Positions 1-13,085 of a stretch of DNA of 64,000 nt are shown in pieces. Position numbers and translations under genes: made by a program. Source of the DNA: Antedon mediterranea (Eukaryota > Animalia > Echinodermata); contig NC_092670.1 of assembly GCF_964355755.1 (NCBI RefSeq), positions 34,770,388 through 34,834,387 of the forward strand, read 5' to 3'. The notes under the pieces were generated by a model. It saw nothing but the letters and a program-made list of their open reading frames with translations, was not told the DNA's origin and did not search any database. How positions within the stretch are numbered: the stretch's first letter is position 1; each line of letters begins with the position of its first letter.

Positions 1-1262
1 TGATTTTGAGTATTTCTTATCTGTTGCCGATCTTGTAATACAAAATAAACTGAATATTTTATAGAAATATATTGTGATGATTCTGAAACAGAAACTCTAG
101 TGCTTGTTTGTGGTTGTTCACAAATTATTATCTTATTTCTTGATCTTATATGATTCTTTTTTAAATGTATTTAATCTATTTTGTCATCTGTAAGTGTAAT
201 CGAAGGTTTTTTTTTGATGATTTTAATCTGCTATATATAGAATTATACATTTATTATAATTGGAAACAAGAAGTACCTATGCCTTTCCTTCAATATTAAA
301 CTAAGAGCATTTTCATAATTTCATATTTCATAAATATTTGAGTTGTGTTGGTAAGCTGATGGTATTATAACGAATAATGTTTTGGCTGGAATCTACATGT
401 TGTTCCCAAATGCTTATGGCACAGAATCTGACCCTCCATATAGAATCTAAGAGCTGATGATCACTTTCTATCGAACCCTTAAAGAGGTGGTCCATGGCCC
501 AAGTAACGATCTGAAATTACATATACATAGTCTGCTTTATCATGTTTGTAATTTAACAAGGCCATACATGGCTGCAGTCGTGTGCTCAAGTTAGTGTTTA
601 CCGACCGACCGTCCAACCAACTGACCGACATAGTGAGCTGTAGAGTCACCTAATTGTCAAACTTGTGATGGTTACTACTGAATGGGCAAAATTAACTGAA
701 ATTAAGTAAAATACCCAAACACCAATCAATTGGTTTAGATATTGATGTTTATTAATATTACCCATTATTAATTTTTTATAAATACAACTAAAGAGTATTT
801 AGTTTAAAATTCAAATCTAATTATTTTATTTCTTCTGAATGCAGTGTTTGATATTCTGCTCACCGGAAGTGGGTTGGCAACACTCCCTTGAAGTAGTTGT
901 CTTTGCCTTTGATAGCTCAACTATAGCTAATTCCTAGAACAGGAAAATGTGGTTGTTTTTGTTGTTGCACACAATATATTACTGTAAATCAAGTTGCTAG
1001 TTAGCACTGTACACTGTACAATAAAATAATCCAGAAAAGCATGTGTATAGGTAGTATAAATAAATTCATTTGTGGTAGAAAAAGTTAAGAAGAAACAATT
1101 TAATATGATTGATGCACAAATAATGTGGTGTTTTGCATAATTCCTAATGCTATATCTAATGTTGTCACCGTCTCTAAACCCATTGTTGTTGTTCTTGTCA
1201 CAGCCGCCAGTAATAATATACTAATAACATTACTTGAAAACAGGTCGCTGGAACACTGACCA

Positions 1263-1330
1263 TGTTTCTTTGATAGTGCATGGCAGGTTCTTGTTTCTTG
1301 TGATGTTTTTTCTTAAGTAGGTGTAGCAAC
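1263..1330 (-). pseudogene. Short relic of the receptor juxtamembrane segment
   Basis: tgtttctttgatagtgcatggcaggttcttgtttcttg matches A1 at 2451-2520. Confidence 0.5.
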
Positions 1331-2373
1331 ATAATTATATGTTATAATTAAATAATGTTTTCAAAGTTACACACATCACATGTAGCCCTTCAATATATTG
1401 ACAGTTGACGATTCATTATATTATTTTTTTTATTAAGCGCTGTTTACATAGCGCTTTACACTTGCAAAATGGTACAAACAACATCAAACTAAAGTTGAAT
1501 CTAGGTGGTGAGAACAAAATTAATTCAGTTTTGGCATAATTCAATTTTAACTTTAATGCATCCAGGAGCGGACATCGTTGACACATTTATTTGCCAATAG
1601 ATAACCTGAAATCAGCGTAAAGATGAAACAATACACCACCATTCTTTAAAATATTTGGGATTGGTTTTGTTTTAGGAAAACATATGGTAGCAATTTTAAT
1701 AAATGGAAACATGTATGACAACTCTTTATATTTACAGCATATTTCAAATAATGGGAAAATTACAATTCACAAAAGACAAAAAATCTATAATGTCTATTTA
1801 CAAGTGGAGAGGGGAATTTTTGTTTTTTTATTTTTTTAAATTAAAGCCTTTTAATAATATGAGCCTAAAGTAAGGAGAAAATATGGTGGTATATTCAGAA
1901 TTCTGACTGAAAGTCATTTTGATTATATAATGAAAACTTATCTTTATCAACATCAGAATTAATTTTGGCAGAAATTGTCCACTTTATTATCAACATTTTT
2001 TTTCTAATACCGGCGAAAATTTTCATTTAAAAAGTTTGATTAGCAATAGTTATATTTTTGTTCAAGTCTTAAGTAGAAAACATAGTTTGAACTTTTGCTT
2101 GCTACACTACACTAGCAAATTGTTTCAATACTTTACGGTATTTTGTTGAGGATATGCAGCAGAAACAGTTGTTTACTTGGACTTTGAAGTTAACTGTATT
2201 AGCAGAAAGTACTCTCATTGCAAGTAGTGGATGTGTTATAAAAAACAATTTATGAAGATTCAAGTACAAAGTATTGTGGTGTTTCTGCATCATTTATATT
2301 CTTATTTACTTCGTTATTTCCATTTGTACACTGTTTATGGTTCTCTGTCACGTCCGTATACTCATTCTCAGCC

Positions 2374-3528
2374 TTATCTTCCAATTGTGTAGTATACCTC
2401 TTCTTGCGCACTGGTCTGTGCAACATTTGAAGTGTCTTGGACATTTTCAGTGTTTCTTTGATAGTGCATGGCAGGTTCTCGTTTCTTGTGTTGTTTTCTC
2501 TCAAGTAGGTAAAGTAACACAATAGTAACAAAACCAAATACAGTAGTTGATGTTGCCAATAGTATGGTTAGTAATCCATCTTTGACTTTTATAACCTGAT
2601 GCTGTGTTGTGCATTGACATGGCAAATCATTGACAATGAATTCCATTGTGTCTGAGGCATTCTGTACATCAGTACTTACCAGACACTTGACAGTGTAAAT
2701 ACCAGCTGGTAAATTGTTGAAGCATCTTTCATTATTCTCTTGGTTGTGATCATCCACTGTACAATCTTCTCCATTTAAATTCCATTTGTAAATTTTCATT
2801 TTACCAGATCCACCTTCTGCATAGCATTTGAAACAGTTTTTATCCAAAGGTAGTTCAGGTCTTTCATACAATCTTTTTATTTTCACAATTAGTTGAGGGT
2901 GAACATTTAGTATTGTTGTGGAGCACCTATATCTTATTAAATTAGAAAGCGTTTTAAAAATGCAATAAAAGAATATACCATCTCCAGTTTGAAAACCAGT
3001 CAAAGTGTGGTTAAAACTTGAGTTAGCCAATACATTATGTGACTGTATAGTGTTGTTTCTTCCTTGGATCCATCCAGTTGTGAGTTTGTGTACCTCTTGC
3101 TCAGTTTGATCATCATTTTCATTTATTAAGATACATGTATTATTTACTTGTTTACCTTCAATGATGTTCTCAGAATCACATGAAGCTTTCAGCTTTGATT
3201 CTTTGATCTGATGAACTTGAAGATTTGATGGAACTAAACAATGTTTATTTTCACTATCTTGACATGTGTATATTCCTTCATTTTGTTGTACATTGAAAGA
3301 TATCAACAATTGACAATTCACTGTTTTGTCATAAGCAGGATATTTATGAGCATACCTGCCAAACTGTTTACTTGATGGTAGTATTTCTAGATGGTACAAA
3401 TTAGGGCTTTCTGTATCAGCTCTATAATTCCACCATACAGCATTATCAGTGACAATGACATCCAACATACAAACTACTGCTACATAGATAAGAAGAAGAG
3501 TTGACCTAGACATTTTGTAAAATATCAT
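2374..3528 (-). CDS. Ig-like type I membrane receptor, copy A1 (384 aa, single-exon CDS)
   Basis: Hydrophobic N-terminus (LLLIYVAVVCML); V-like motif LLISFNVQQNEGIYTC; second domain C..GW..TLTGFQTGDGIFFYC; third domain CFKC..GGSG..YKWNLNG..AGIYTVKCLV; TM LLTILLATSTTVFGFVTIVLLYLL followed by basic residues; tail ends EVYYTIGR. Confidence 0.8.
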   Translation of the reverse strand: MIFYKMSRSTLLLIYVAVVCMLDVIVTDNAVWWNYRADTESPNLYHLEILPSSKQFGRYAHKYPAYDKTVNCQLLISFNVQQNEGIYTCQDSENKHCLVPSNLQVHQIKESKLKASCDSENIIEGKQVNNTCILINENDDQTEQEVHKLTTGWIQGRNNTIQSHNVLANSSFNHTLTGFQTGDGIFFYCIFKTLSNLIRYRCSTTILNVHPQLIVKIKRLYERPELPLDKNCFKCYAEGGSGKMKIYKWNLNGEDCTVDDHNQENNERCFNNLPAGIYTVKCLVSTDVQNASDTMEFIVNDLPCQCTTQHQVIKVKDGLLTILLATSTTVFGFVTIVLLYLLERKQHKKREPAMHYQRNTENVQDTSNVAQTSAQEEVYYTIGR

Positions 3529-4434
3529 GAGATCTCAATGTTAATAGTATACTATAACCTATAACAAGGAAAAATAAAAATGTTTAGTTTCATAAATTAA
3601 TATAGGAAACTGCAGTATAACTATTGTTTCCTTCATTATATTATGATTTTATGACCTCAGATATTATTTTTAGATAATGTTGATTGTTGAACCTGTGGTT
3701 GTATAATAGCCATAGTTGTCCTATTTATACAAATACTTTGCCTTGAGAGTATCTTGGAGTATCTATTCTAAATTAGTACTACCAATTACAAATTAACTTA
3801 AAATATACAGAATGCCTATTTTTAATACCTTTTTTCATATTAATTTTAATTTAAATCTACTAAACTAGTTAAAACTGAGTATAAAACTAAGTATAATTAT
3901 ACATTAATTCAATGAAAAATTGAGTGCTCTATTTTTAACTCGGCTCCGCCTTGAAAATATTCTCACTTATTCTCCTACTTTAATATACATTGATTATTTG
4001 TATACTAACGAACAAAAATATATTGACGGTATTAGACACTTTTTCTATAGTCAACTCTAACAAAAATCAGACTTTTTGACGATTAGTAAATTTCAGTATT
4101 CACACTTTCATAAGTTTATAAGGTTTCAATTTCTTTCTTACTATTTAGTATTATATATTCTAAAAAGACTTTCTGGAAAATTCAAAATGTTTTCATCAGT
4201 TTTGCTACTAGGTCTGTTTTACTTTTTAGGTAAACTACTACTAAATATTCTGCATATGTATACCATTAGTGATTAATTTATGCTTAGGCTTAGTCTATTT
4301 TTAAATGCTAAAAACATATATTACATTGTGCTTTTTAAAAATTTCACAACAAACAATCTTATATAAACTTATAAAAAGCTTGCTTCGTACCTTCCAATTA
4401 TGTATAAAATTAAAATCAGCTTCTTCTTTTTTTA

Positions 4435-5720
4435 TCTATATATAAATTTACGTAAGGGCAAAATTCGGTAAATCTCGGTTTATTTCTAGAATTTCTACTC
4501 AATGGTATGTAAAGTTGGTTCATACTTTCGGTACTGATTTTAACCATCTGATGTAACCCTGTTTACTAATTAAATTGAGTTAGGTAATTAGTTATTGACG
4601 ATTAAAACGAATTTAGGTTCAACGATTTGCCCCAAATAGGGGTGTTTTCCGATCGTGGTATACACTGTCTAATGGATGTCCGTCTTGAAAAATACCCGCC
4701 ACAAAAATACGAGGAGGCTTCGCATTTTCCTATCTCCTCCTACGATAATTGTTTTTAATAGCTGAAAACTGGTTGAACAGCTAGAGTAGAGCATCATAAT
4801 GTTGAAGACAGGCCGATTTTCTTTAAAAAATACTATTTTGATACATGTAATATACGTTTTTACAAATGTATTGATTTGTGATGAATGGAACATTCCAAAT
4901 TATTTGGTTTAACCATAGAGGTATAGATTTAGATTTATGGGCCCCCTTTGAGAATAAACATAAATAGTATTGCAATGCTGTACAATACTGTTAAGGTATT
5001 GACCACTTTTGATCGCAATTTGAATCGCAAATTTCTTACTGTGAGTGTTGGTACTGTTAGATATAATATAAACAAATATACAAATAAACTTTATTACTGT
5101 GAGTGTGGGTAGGCCCTACTGTTAGATTATAAACATATGATATACAAATAAATAAACGTTATTACTGACAGTTGCTTCTCAACGTTTGTATTAATTAATA
5201 ATTTAAAAATATATAAACGTCGTAGTGGTGTATCGTTACATGTACTTTACTATTTCAATCGACTATGACAGTGAGAGTTTTAACAAAGTATTAAATCGTA
5301 AATGTTTTACTGTATTTAGTGGTATATTATTTATAGGCCTATAAAACATTAAAAACAATATTTCGTTACTGAGTGGATAAGAATATATTTTAAAATGTTT
5401 CCTCTTTGTACCTATCTTCTTCCCCCATCCCTCAACCCTTAATGTTACATACAAAACACAAATTGGGTTTGTTTAAATGAGTCCAAATAAAATAATTGAC
5501 TCATTTTGTTTCTCTCTCGGAAGTAATTCCCAGGGTGCTAATTTTGGTTGACTACATAAATCATTGTGTATATTTATTCGTTTCTGTAAACGAAAATTTA
5601 TTATAGTCCTGCAGTTCATTTGAAATCTCCATTTTTTCTCGCTGGAAATACTGTGTATTCGAGAACCATCTGTGGGCACGACCTAGATGGTACGCGAGCG
5701 AAAGCGAGCGTGCCATCTAG
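4435..5720 (+). mobile_element. Non-autonomous Helitron-like element (1286 bp)
   Basis: Absent from the paralogous site near 20056 (ttta|tctccaaaat). Starts TC, ends CTAG, inserted between A and T without TSD, and has a 3' hairpin ctagatggtacgc...gcgtgccatctag. Confidence 0.8.
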
Positions 5721-6044
5721 TCTCCAAAATTCAGAGTAAATGTATTGGATACAACATAATGTTAATCCCATGATCTTGAATTAACAAATTTATAAATAAT
5801 TTATCTCTACTTTACTTTACTTTAATTTATCAATGAATAGATTTGATACTTGAAATATAAAAAGTAAAATTTAAAAATATGATTGGAATTTACCGTTTAG
5901 AAATTACATATTTAAACTATATTAATAATTTGTATGGAAATTAGCTCCGTCTTATGTAAACACAAAACTAGTTAAGTTAGTAATTTGGGTATTTAGAAAG
6001 TGTTCATCTTAGAAGAAATGTTAAGCTGTATGGTTTTTTTTTTC

Positions 6045-6414
6045 TACTGTCTGCTTGTTGAATGTTCTGTGACATCGATACTGCATTCATTTGTTTTATT
6101 ACTGAAGACATTTTCATCTTCATTGTCATCTATTCCATTCTGATGTCTGCTTGTTGAGAGTTCATCTGTGACATCGATACTGCATTCATTTGTTTTATTA
6201 CTGAAGACATTTTCATTTTCAGTGTCACCTATTCCATTCTGATGTCTGCTTGTTGAGAGTTCATCTGTGACATCGATACTGCATTCATTTGTTTATCACT
6301 GAAGACATTTTCATTTTCAGTGTCACCTATTCCATTCTGGTATCTGCTTGTTGAAAGTTCACCTGTGACATCGATACTGCGTTCATTTATTTTATTACTG
6401 AAGACAATTTCATC
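6045..6414 (-). repeat. ~99-bp (33-codon) tandem repeat, 4 copies, derived from receptor tail coding sequence
   Basis: ctgtgacatcgatac recurs at 6067, 6166, 6265 and 6363; the same unit is translated in B2 (NKTNEYSIDVT...). Confidence 0.85.
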
Positions 6415-8161
6415 CTAAGTTTTATCCACTTCATCAATACTATAAGAGTCATGTGTTTTATTATAAAAAATATCGACTTGATCTATTTCATCTTCTACTG
6501 TTTCTGGTTGTCTGTTGCTTGTGGATGGTTTCTCATTGTCTTTGATCTCATAATAGATCGGTTCACTGTCTTTATGTTGACTTCTTGAGGTTTGTCTAGT
6601 TGTCAGACTGTGTTTTTGTTGTTCATCTGTGATTTTGATACTGTTTCCAGTTTCATTACTATTTTTGTTTTCAGTTCGATCTTGTTTTTTCTGCTGCATG
6701 CTTGTCGATGATTCATCTGTGACATTGATACTGCCTCCAGATGTTTCATTAGTAAAGAAATGTTCATCTTCAGTTCTACTAACTCCTTTTTGCTGTCTGC
6801 TTGTTGAGGGTTCATCTGTGAATTCAATACTGTATTCATTTATTTTACTATTAGAAATCTTGACATCTTCCATTTCATCAGTGTTATATACCGCGTTATA
6901 TATGATTTGTGAAGTCGTTTGAGAATCTGTTTGTCTGTTGCTGCTTGTGGATGGTTTCTCATTGTCTTTGATCGCATAATATATCGCTTCACTGTCCGTC
7001 TGTTGGCTTCTAGAGGTTTGTCTAATTGTCATATTGTGTCCTTGTTACCATTGATCTCTAGAATTTCACTGTCGCTGCCACTAGTGTCACTATTTCTATG
7101 ATAATATATATTCTGTGGATTATTGTAGTGTTTTCTTTTTTGTAGGTAAAGTAACACCATTAAAAAAAAACCAAATTTGATTGTCGATGATACCAATAGT
7201 ATAGTTGTTAAGCCAGCTGTTGATGGTTCCAAAGCTAGGTCTAGAACTTCTTCATTTGCTTCTACAATTGATGTATAAGGATGAACGAACACATTTGTCT
7301 CATCTGACCTGTTCTGAACATCAGTACTCACCAAACACTTCACAGTGTAATTACCAGCTGGTAAATTGTTAAAACATTTTTTATCATTCTCTTGGTTGTC
7401 ATCAACATCTGTAATTTCTTCTCCATTTAAAGTCCAAATGTAAATTGTACTATTACCAGATCCACCTTCTGTGTAACATTTGAAGCAATTTCTATCCACA
7501 TGAACTTCTGGTGATTCGTTCAACCTCTTTATTTTCTTTATTTTATTTTATTTTCTTCATAATATATGATTGTGAAATAATCCTCCATGGAACAACAAAA
7601 GAATATCCCATCTCCAGCTTGGAAACCAGTTAATGTCTGATCAAAATATAAGGTGGTTCTTCTCTTTATATTATCATGTAGCTGCAAATTCATATATTGT
7701 CCTTGAATCCATCCCATTAATAATGATGTATTTAATGCAGATCGGGATCCTGTTGTGCATGTGACTCTAACTTCTTCTGTTTCAAAAATGTTTTTGAAAT
7801 TTTCACATTTAATATTTGTATACGTAAATTCAAAACCAGCTAACCAACTAACTTCAGTGGGAACCACATAATGTTTATCCTCATCATCTTGACATAAGTA
7901 TATTCCTATATTTTGTTGTACATTAAAATATATAAACAGATTACACTTCACTGTATTATTGTTGTCAGGAAATTTTCCATCAATTTGACCTCTGAACTGT
8001 TTACTTGTTGGCAGTATTGCTAGATAATGAATATTGGTAGTTAATTTTGGAGCCTCAGTTGCATGAGAGTGAGACCACATTACAACATTACCTGGTACAG
8101 TACTGACACCTGAGAAACAAACCACTGCTACAAAGATAATAAAAAGTGATGCTCTAGTCAT
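6415..8161 (-). pseudogene. Ig-like receptor copy B1, disrupted
   Basis: ORFs 7538-8176, 7029-7523 and 6415-7032 align end to end with B3. A ~40-bp segment is replaced by TTTTA-like filler, creating a stop near 7538, and there is a 7-bp deletion near 7048. Confidence 0.8.
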
Positions 8162-8479
8162 TCTACTATTATTCACCTCCTCAAAATTCTATGTCATTTT
8201 AGTGTAATTCAACTATTGTGATCTTGTAAAATACGATCAAATGAATTCTACATAAATAAATTGTGCCTGGCGTCTGAATTGGAAACAAATTATTAGTATG
8301 CTGCTTTCGGTTGATAAACTTTTATCTTATTTCTCTATCTTGTATTGAAGATGATTTATAGAGTATCTAGAGATTCTATTTTTATGTATTTGATCAGTAG
8401 TCTACTTTCACTAATTATTATTTCTGAACGATTGTGTAACAAAATTTAAATAGCAGAGTATTTTTTTAAACAGCAATGT

Positions 8480-8841
8480 CAAAAAATTGATCCTTGTAAT
8501 GTATCCTATATTATTTTCCATAGCATGTGAGCAAGATTTATTTTAACAATTTGTGATCTAAATACTGTATTTAGATATGAACCAATGCAATTCTATTATC
8601 TGAACCAAGAGCTTGTAACTTGTTAATTAGAAAATGATAAAATGTATTTGAACGATTGTGTTGAGTATTTTCAAAAAATTGATCCTTGTACTGTGTCCTA
8701 TATTATTTTCCATAGCATGTGTGAGCAAGGTTTATTTTAACAATTTGTGATCTAAATACTGTATTTAGATATGAACCAATGCAATTCTATTATCTGAACC
8801 AAGAGCTTGTAACTTGTTAATTAGAAAATGATAAAATGTAT
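8480..8841. repeat. ~190-bp direct tandem duplication upstream of B1
   Basis: The block aaattgatccttgta...gataaaatgtat occurs twice here and once in the paralogous regions at 22740 and 30300. Confidence 0.75.
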
Positions 8842-10008
8842 GAAGGATGCACATATCAGAACAATTACGAAATTTCCGATTTTCACAAACGCTCTTGCCG
8901 TACAGCCATTGTGAATTGACTTTGACATCACTGATGCATTGGAAAATCTACTGAGTGAGTTTTCATTGTTGTTAACATGCAAGTAGTTGTACTGTGACTG
9001 CTGTAATTCTACTCAAAAACATTACAAGAAAAACAAAGAAAAAATAGTACACTTTTATGACAGTGAGAAATTTCATTTATTCAAAGAGGAAATTATATTC
9101 TGTATTAATTATACAAATATAGGCAGAGATGTTTCTAGCAATTAAAGAATTAAACAAAAAAAATTGAAGAAGACAGCTAAGTTCTGTCAGCCAACAAGTG
9201 TCTCAAAACATTTGTTCCCTTCTGACATTGACTAAAATTTATTTATTTACATCACTAAACTATTTTTCAAAATGAAATACAAAATTAGATTTGTACTTGT
9301 CATCTGCGCAAATGCAACGTGCATGCATGTTAAAACATGAACGCAGAAAATGAGATGCGCTCTTTGTGATTATCTGGTACAGAGAAAAAATCCTATTTAA
9401 AAAATGTAAGTGACATCACAGCATCTGGTAGGTAAAGATTGTACATGAATTCATATCTACAACTTATCATTCATTCATTAGTGGAAATTCATTCATTAGT
9501 GGAAATCATCATTTCCTTTTATTGTCATTTGCATATACAGTAAAACAACATATATACATAGAAATTGTGTTTGCTCTGAGACACAAAATACATAAAGCTT
9601 GGATAATCAGCTTCCATAATAATAAGTTGAAGAAAATGGTAGGTCACCATCCATCCTAAAGTGCTATAATAGACATAGTTTTTTACAAAATTTAAACTTA
9701 ACTATACATACTTTTTTATTTCATTTATTTTTTTATTTTTTTTTTATTTCAACCACATCCAAAAGCGAAAAAAATTACAGGATGCCTTAAAACTCTTTAG
9801 ATATAAATATAGAATAAAAAGCACATTAAAATACAAAACATGAAACATACAAAATGGCAAACTTAAATCGATTTAAGAACTTTAGACTTAAATTTTGAAC
9901 AAAGTGTCAAAAAAATATCAATAGTCTTGAATTGAAATTGAATTAAAAAGCTTGGATAATCTTTGATTGAAACCATTTTTAGTTTAGTGTCTGTTTCCTC
10001 TCTGTTTC

Positions 10009-11472
10009 TCATTTTTGGTAACTACTGCCATACATGTCATTGGTAAAGAGCTCAACATGTTCAGTTTCAGTTGTACTTTGTTCTTTGTTTCTGGTTTTCT
10101 GAGATTCAGAACCGGTTACTTTCATCTTGCTTGTTGAAGGTTGATCATCATCTTTGATGTTATAATAGATTTGTTCTTCTGTTTTGTCTTTCTCTTGTCT
10201 TGAGGTTTGTTTTTTAATGTGGAAATAGCTTGAATCATCTTCTGTTTTCCTTAGTTTCTCTTGTTTGCTTTTAGATGCTTCATTTATGTCATAGTAGCTT
10301 TCTTCATCTTCTGTTGTTTTGTCTTTTCTATCTGAAAGTTTCTCACTATCTTTGATGTTGTAATAACTTGCTATTCCCTCTGTTTCTTTTTGTTTGCTTC
10401 CGGATGTTTTAATATTATCATCATGTTGTCTACTTTGAATTTGCTTCACAGTTTGTGAATACACATAGTGTTGTCTTCTTTTAAGTATATATAGCAATAT
10501 TAGTACAAACAGTAGCAGTAGGCCAGTTGTTGTTGCAAGTACAATAATAGTTATATCTGTATTATGCTTTTCTTGATTGAACGGTGTAGCTTTTGGCTCA
10601 ACACCCTTGACTGTGAACTCTATCTCATCTGACCTGTTCTGCACATCAGTACTCACCAGACACTTGACAGTATAGTTACCTGCTGGTAAATTGTTAAAGC
10701 ATTGTTCATCTTTTTCTAGAATGTCATCCTCTATAATTTCTTCTCCATTTAAAATCCAATTGTACATTTTATCACCAGATCCACCTTCTGTAAAGCACTT
10801 AAAGCAATTTTTATCCAAATGGACTGCTAGTGATTCATACAACCTTTTTATTCTCACAATTAATTGTGAGTAAACATTTAGTATTGTTGTGGAGCACCTA
10901 TACCGTATTGAATTGAAAAAAAACATTTTAAAAATACAATAAAAGAATATACCATCTCCAGTTTGGAAACCAGTCAAAGTGTGGTTAAACCTTGAGTTAG
11001 CCATTATATCATGTGACTGTATAATGTAGCGTCTTCCTTGAATCCATCCAGTTGTGATTTTATGTATCTTCCCCTCAATTTGATGAATGTTTTCATTTAT
11101 TAAGATACATGTGATATTTACTTGTTCATCTTCAACGATATTCTCAAAATCACATGAAGCTTTTAACTTTGGTTCATCGATTTGACGAACTTGATGACTT
11201 GATGGAACTAAACAATGTTTATTTTCACCATCTTGACATGTGTATATTCCTTCATTTTGTTGTACTTTGAAAGATATCAAGAGTTGACAATTCACTATAT
11301 TATTGTTATCAGGATATTTTTGAGTATGTTGACTTAATGTTAGTATTGCTTGATGATACAAATTAGGTCTGTCTGTATCGTAATAGTCCCACCATACAGC
11401 TGTACTTGCATCAGTGACTTTCAATATACAAACCACTGCTACAAAGATGAAGTGAAGAGTTGACCAAGTCAT
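10009..11472 (-). CDS. Ig-like type I membrane receptor, copy C (487 aa, uninterrupted)
   Basis: Same three-domain ectodomain; TM ITIIVLATTTGLLLLFVLILLYIL; tail with SYYNI, SYYDI, SYFHI, IYYNI and terminal LFTNDMY. Confidence 0.85.
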   Translation of the reverse strand: MTWSTLHFIFVAVVCILKVTDASTAVWWDYYDTDRPNLYHQAILTLSQHTQKYPDNNNIVNCQLLISFKVQQNEGIYTCQDGENKHCLVPSSHQVRQIDEPKLKASCDFENIVEDEQVNITCILINENIHQIEGKIHKITTGWIQGRRYIIQSHDIMANSRFNHTLTGFQTGDGIFFYCIFKMFFFNSIRYRCSTTILNVYSQLIVRIKRLYESLAVHLDKNCFKCFTEGGSGDKMYNWILNGEEIIEDDILEKDEQCFNNLPAGNYTVKCLVSTDVQNRSDEIEFTVKGVEPKATPFNQEKHNTDITIIVLATTTGLLLLFVLILLYILKRRQHYVYSQTVKQIQSRQHDDNIKTSGSKQKETEGIASYYNIKDSEKLSDRKDKTTEDEESYYDINEASKSKQEKLRKTEDDSSYFHIKKQTSRQEKDKTEEQIYYNIKDDDQPSTSKMKVTGSESQKTRNKEQSTTETEHVELFTNDMYGSSYQK

Positions 11473-13085
11473 TTTGTGGAATAACTTGAGTCTCTCCTAA
11501 TGTTTCTAAATAGAAATTCAGTGTTCACAATAACATTTTCTAGTTTGTATAGAATAACATCCATGAATATCTTTGGCAAAGTTGCAACAAGGAAAGATAA
11601 ACATTTTTGGTTTATAGATGAATATATGGAACTGCAGTATAACTATTGTTTCCTTCATTATTATGATATCATGACCTCAGATATTATTTTTAGATATTTG
11701 TTGGTTGTTAAATCTGTGGTTGTATAATAGCCATAGTTGATACCATCCTTTTTTTATGTTTGTATAATTCTATAATTGCAAACCAATGCATTCTGAGATA
11801 TGTGATATCAGTAGAAACTTACATACTGCAATCTCATCAATTCTATTGTTATTTGTTTGTATTCGTACCTTGAATGTAAGAAAACAAACTCAAACAGAAC
11901 ACTTAATGACTGAGAAAGAAATTTGATTTATTCAAATGGAGAAATTATGTCCTAATTATACAAATACTTTGCCTTGAGAGTATCTAAGAGTATCTATTCT
12001 AAAATAGTACTATACTAGTCTACCAATTACAAATTAACTAATAATATATAATATGCCTTTTTTTCATACTATGTTAAAATCTGGTATAAAACTGAGTTTA
12101 AAACTAAGTACATTATGCTTTAATTCAATGAAAAATGTACTGCTCTATTTTTAACGCCGCTCCGCCTTGAAAATAATCTATCCTAATTATAAACGGTCAT
12201 TATAGGAACAAAAATATATTGACGGTATTAGACACTTTCTGTAGTCAACTCAAAACTAAACTAAAAAACCAGACTTTTTGATGATTAGTAAATTTCAGTA
12301 TTCAGACTTTTGATAAGTTAAAAAGGTTTCAATTTCTTTCATTACTATTATATATTCTAAAAACTAGACTTTCTGGAAAATCACAAATGTTTTTATCAGT
12401 TTTGCTACTAGGTCTGTTTTAGGTAAACTACTACTTAACATTCTGCATATGCATACCATTAGTGATTAATGTATGTGTTTAGGCTATTTCTAAATGCTAA
12501 AAACATATATTACATTGTACTTTTTAAAAATTTCACAACAAACAATATCTTATATAAACTTATATAAAAGAGCTTGATACCTTCCAATTATGTAGGAATT
12601 TAAAATCAGCTTTTAGTAAAGTTATCTACAAAATACAGAGAAAATGTATTGGATACAATATAACCTTTATCTCATGATCTTGAATTAACAAATTTGTAAA
12701 TTATTTATCTTTATTTATAACTACTAATATATCAAAGAGTAGATTTGATACTTGAAATATAAAAAGTAAAATTTAAAAATGTGTGATTGGAATTTACCGT
12801 TTTTTAGATATTAAATATTTAAACTATATTGATAATTGATATGAAAGTTAGCTCCGTTTTATATGTAAACACAAAACTAGTTAGTAACTGCAGCTGACTG
12901 GGTATTTAGAAAGTGTTCATCTTAGAAGAAATTTTAAGCTGTATGGTTTTGTTAAGCGTTCTGTGACATCAATACTGTAGTCATGTTTTATTATTAAGGA
13001 ATTTCATCTTCAGTTTCTTCAACTTTATTCTGCTGTCTGCTTGTTGAGTTTTCTGTTACATCGATATTGTAGTCATGTTTTATTA

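Noticed and set aside
400-650. Possible Helentron/DINE-like relic (ccga repeats followed by atagtgagctgtagagtc)
   Set aside because: Ends cannot be defined from this window.
4076-4276. 66-aa ORF repeated at 19699-19899
   Set aside because: TTG start, AT-rich duplicated intergenic DNA, and broken in the third copy near 12280.
6045-6414. CRISPR-like periodic repeat
   Set aside because: Whole 99-bp units repeat with no unique spacers; it is coding-derived and the context is eukaryotic.
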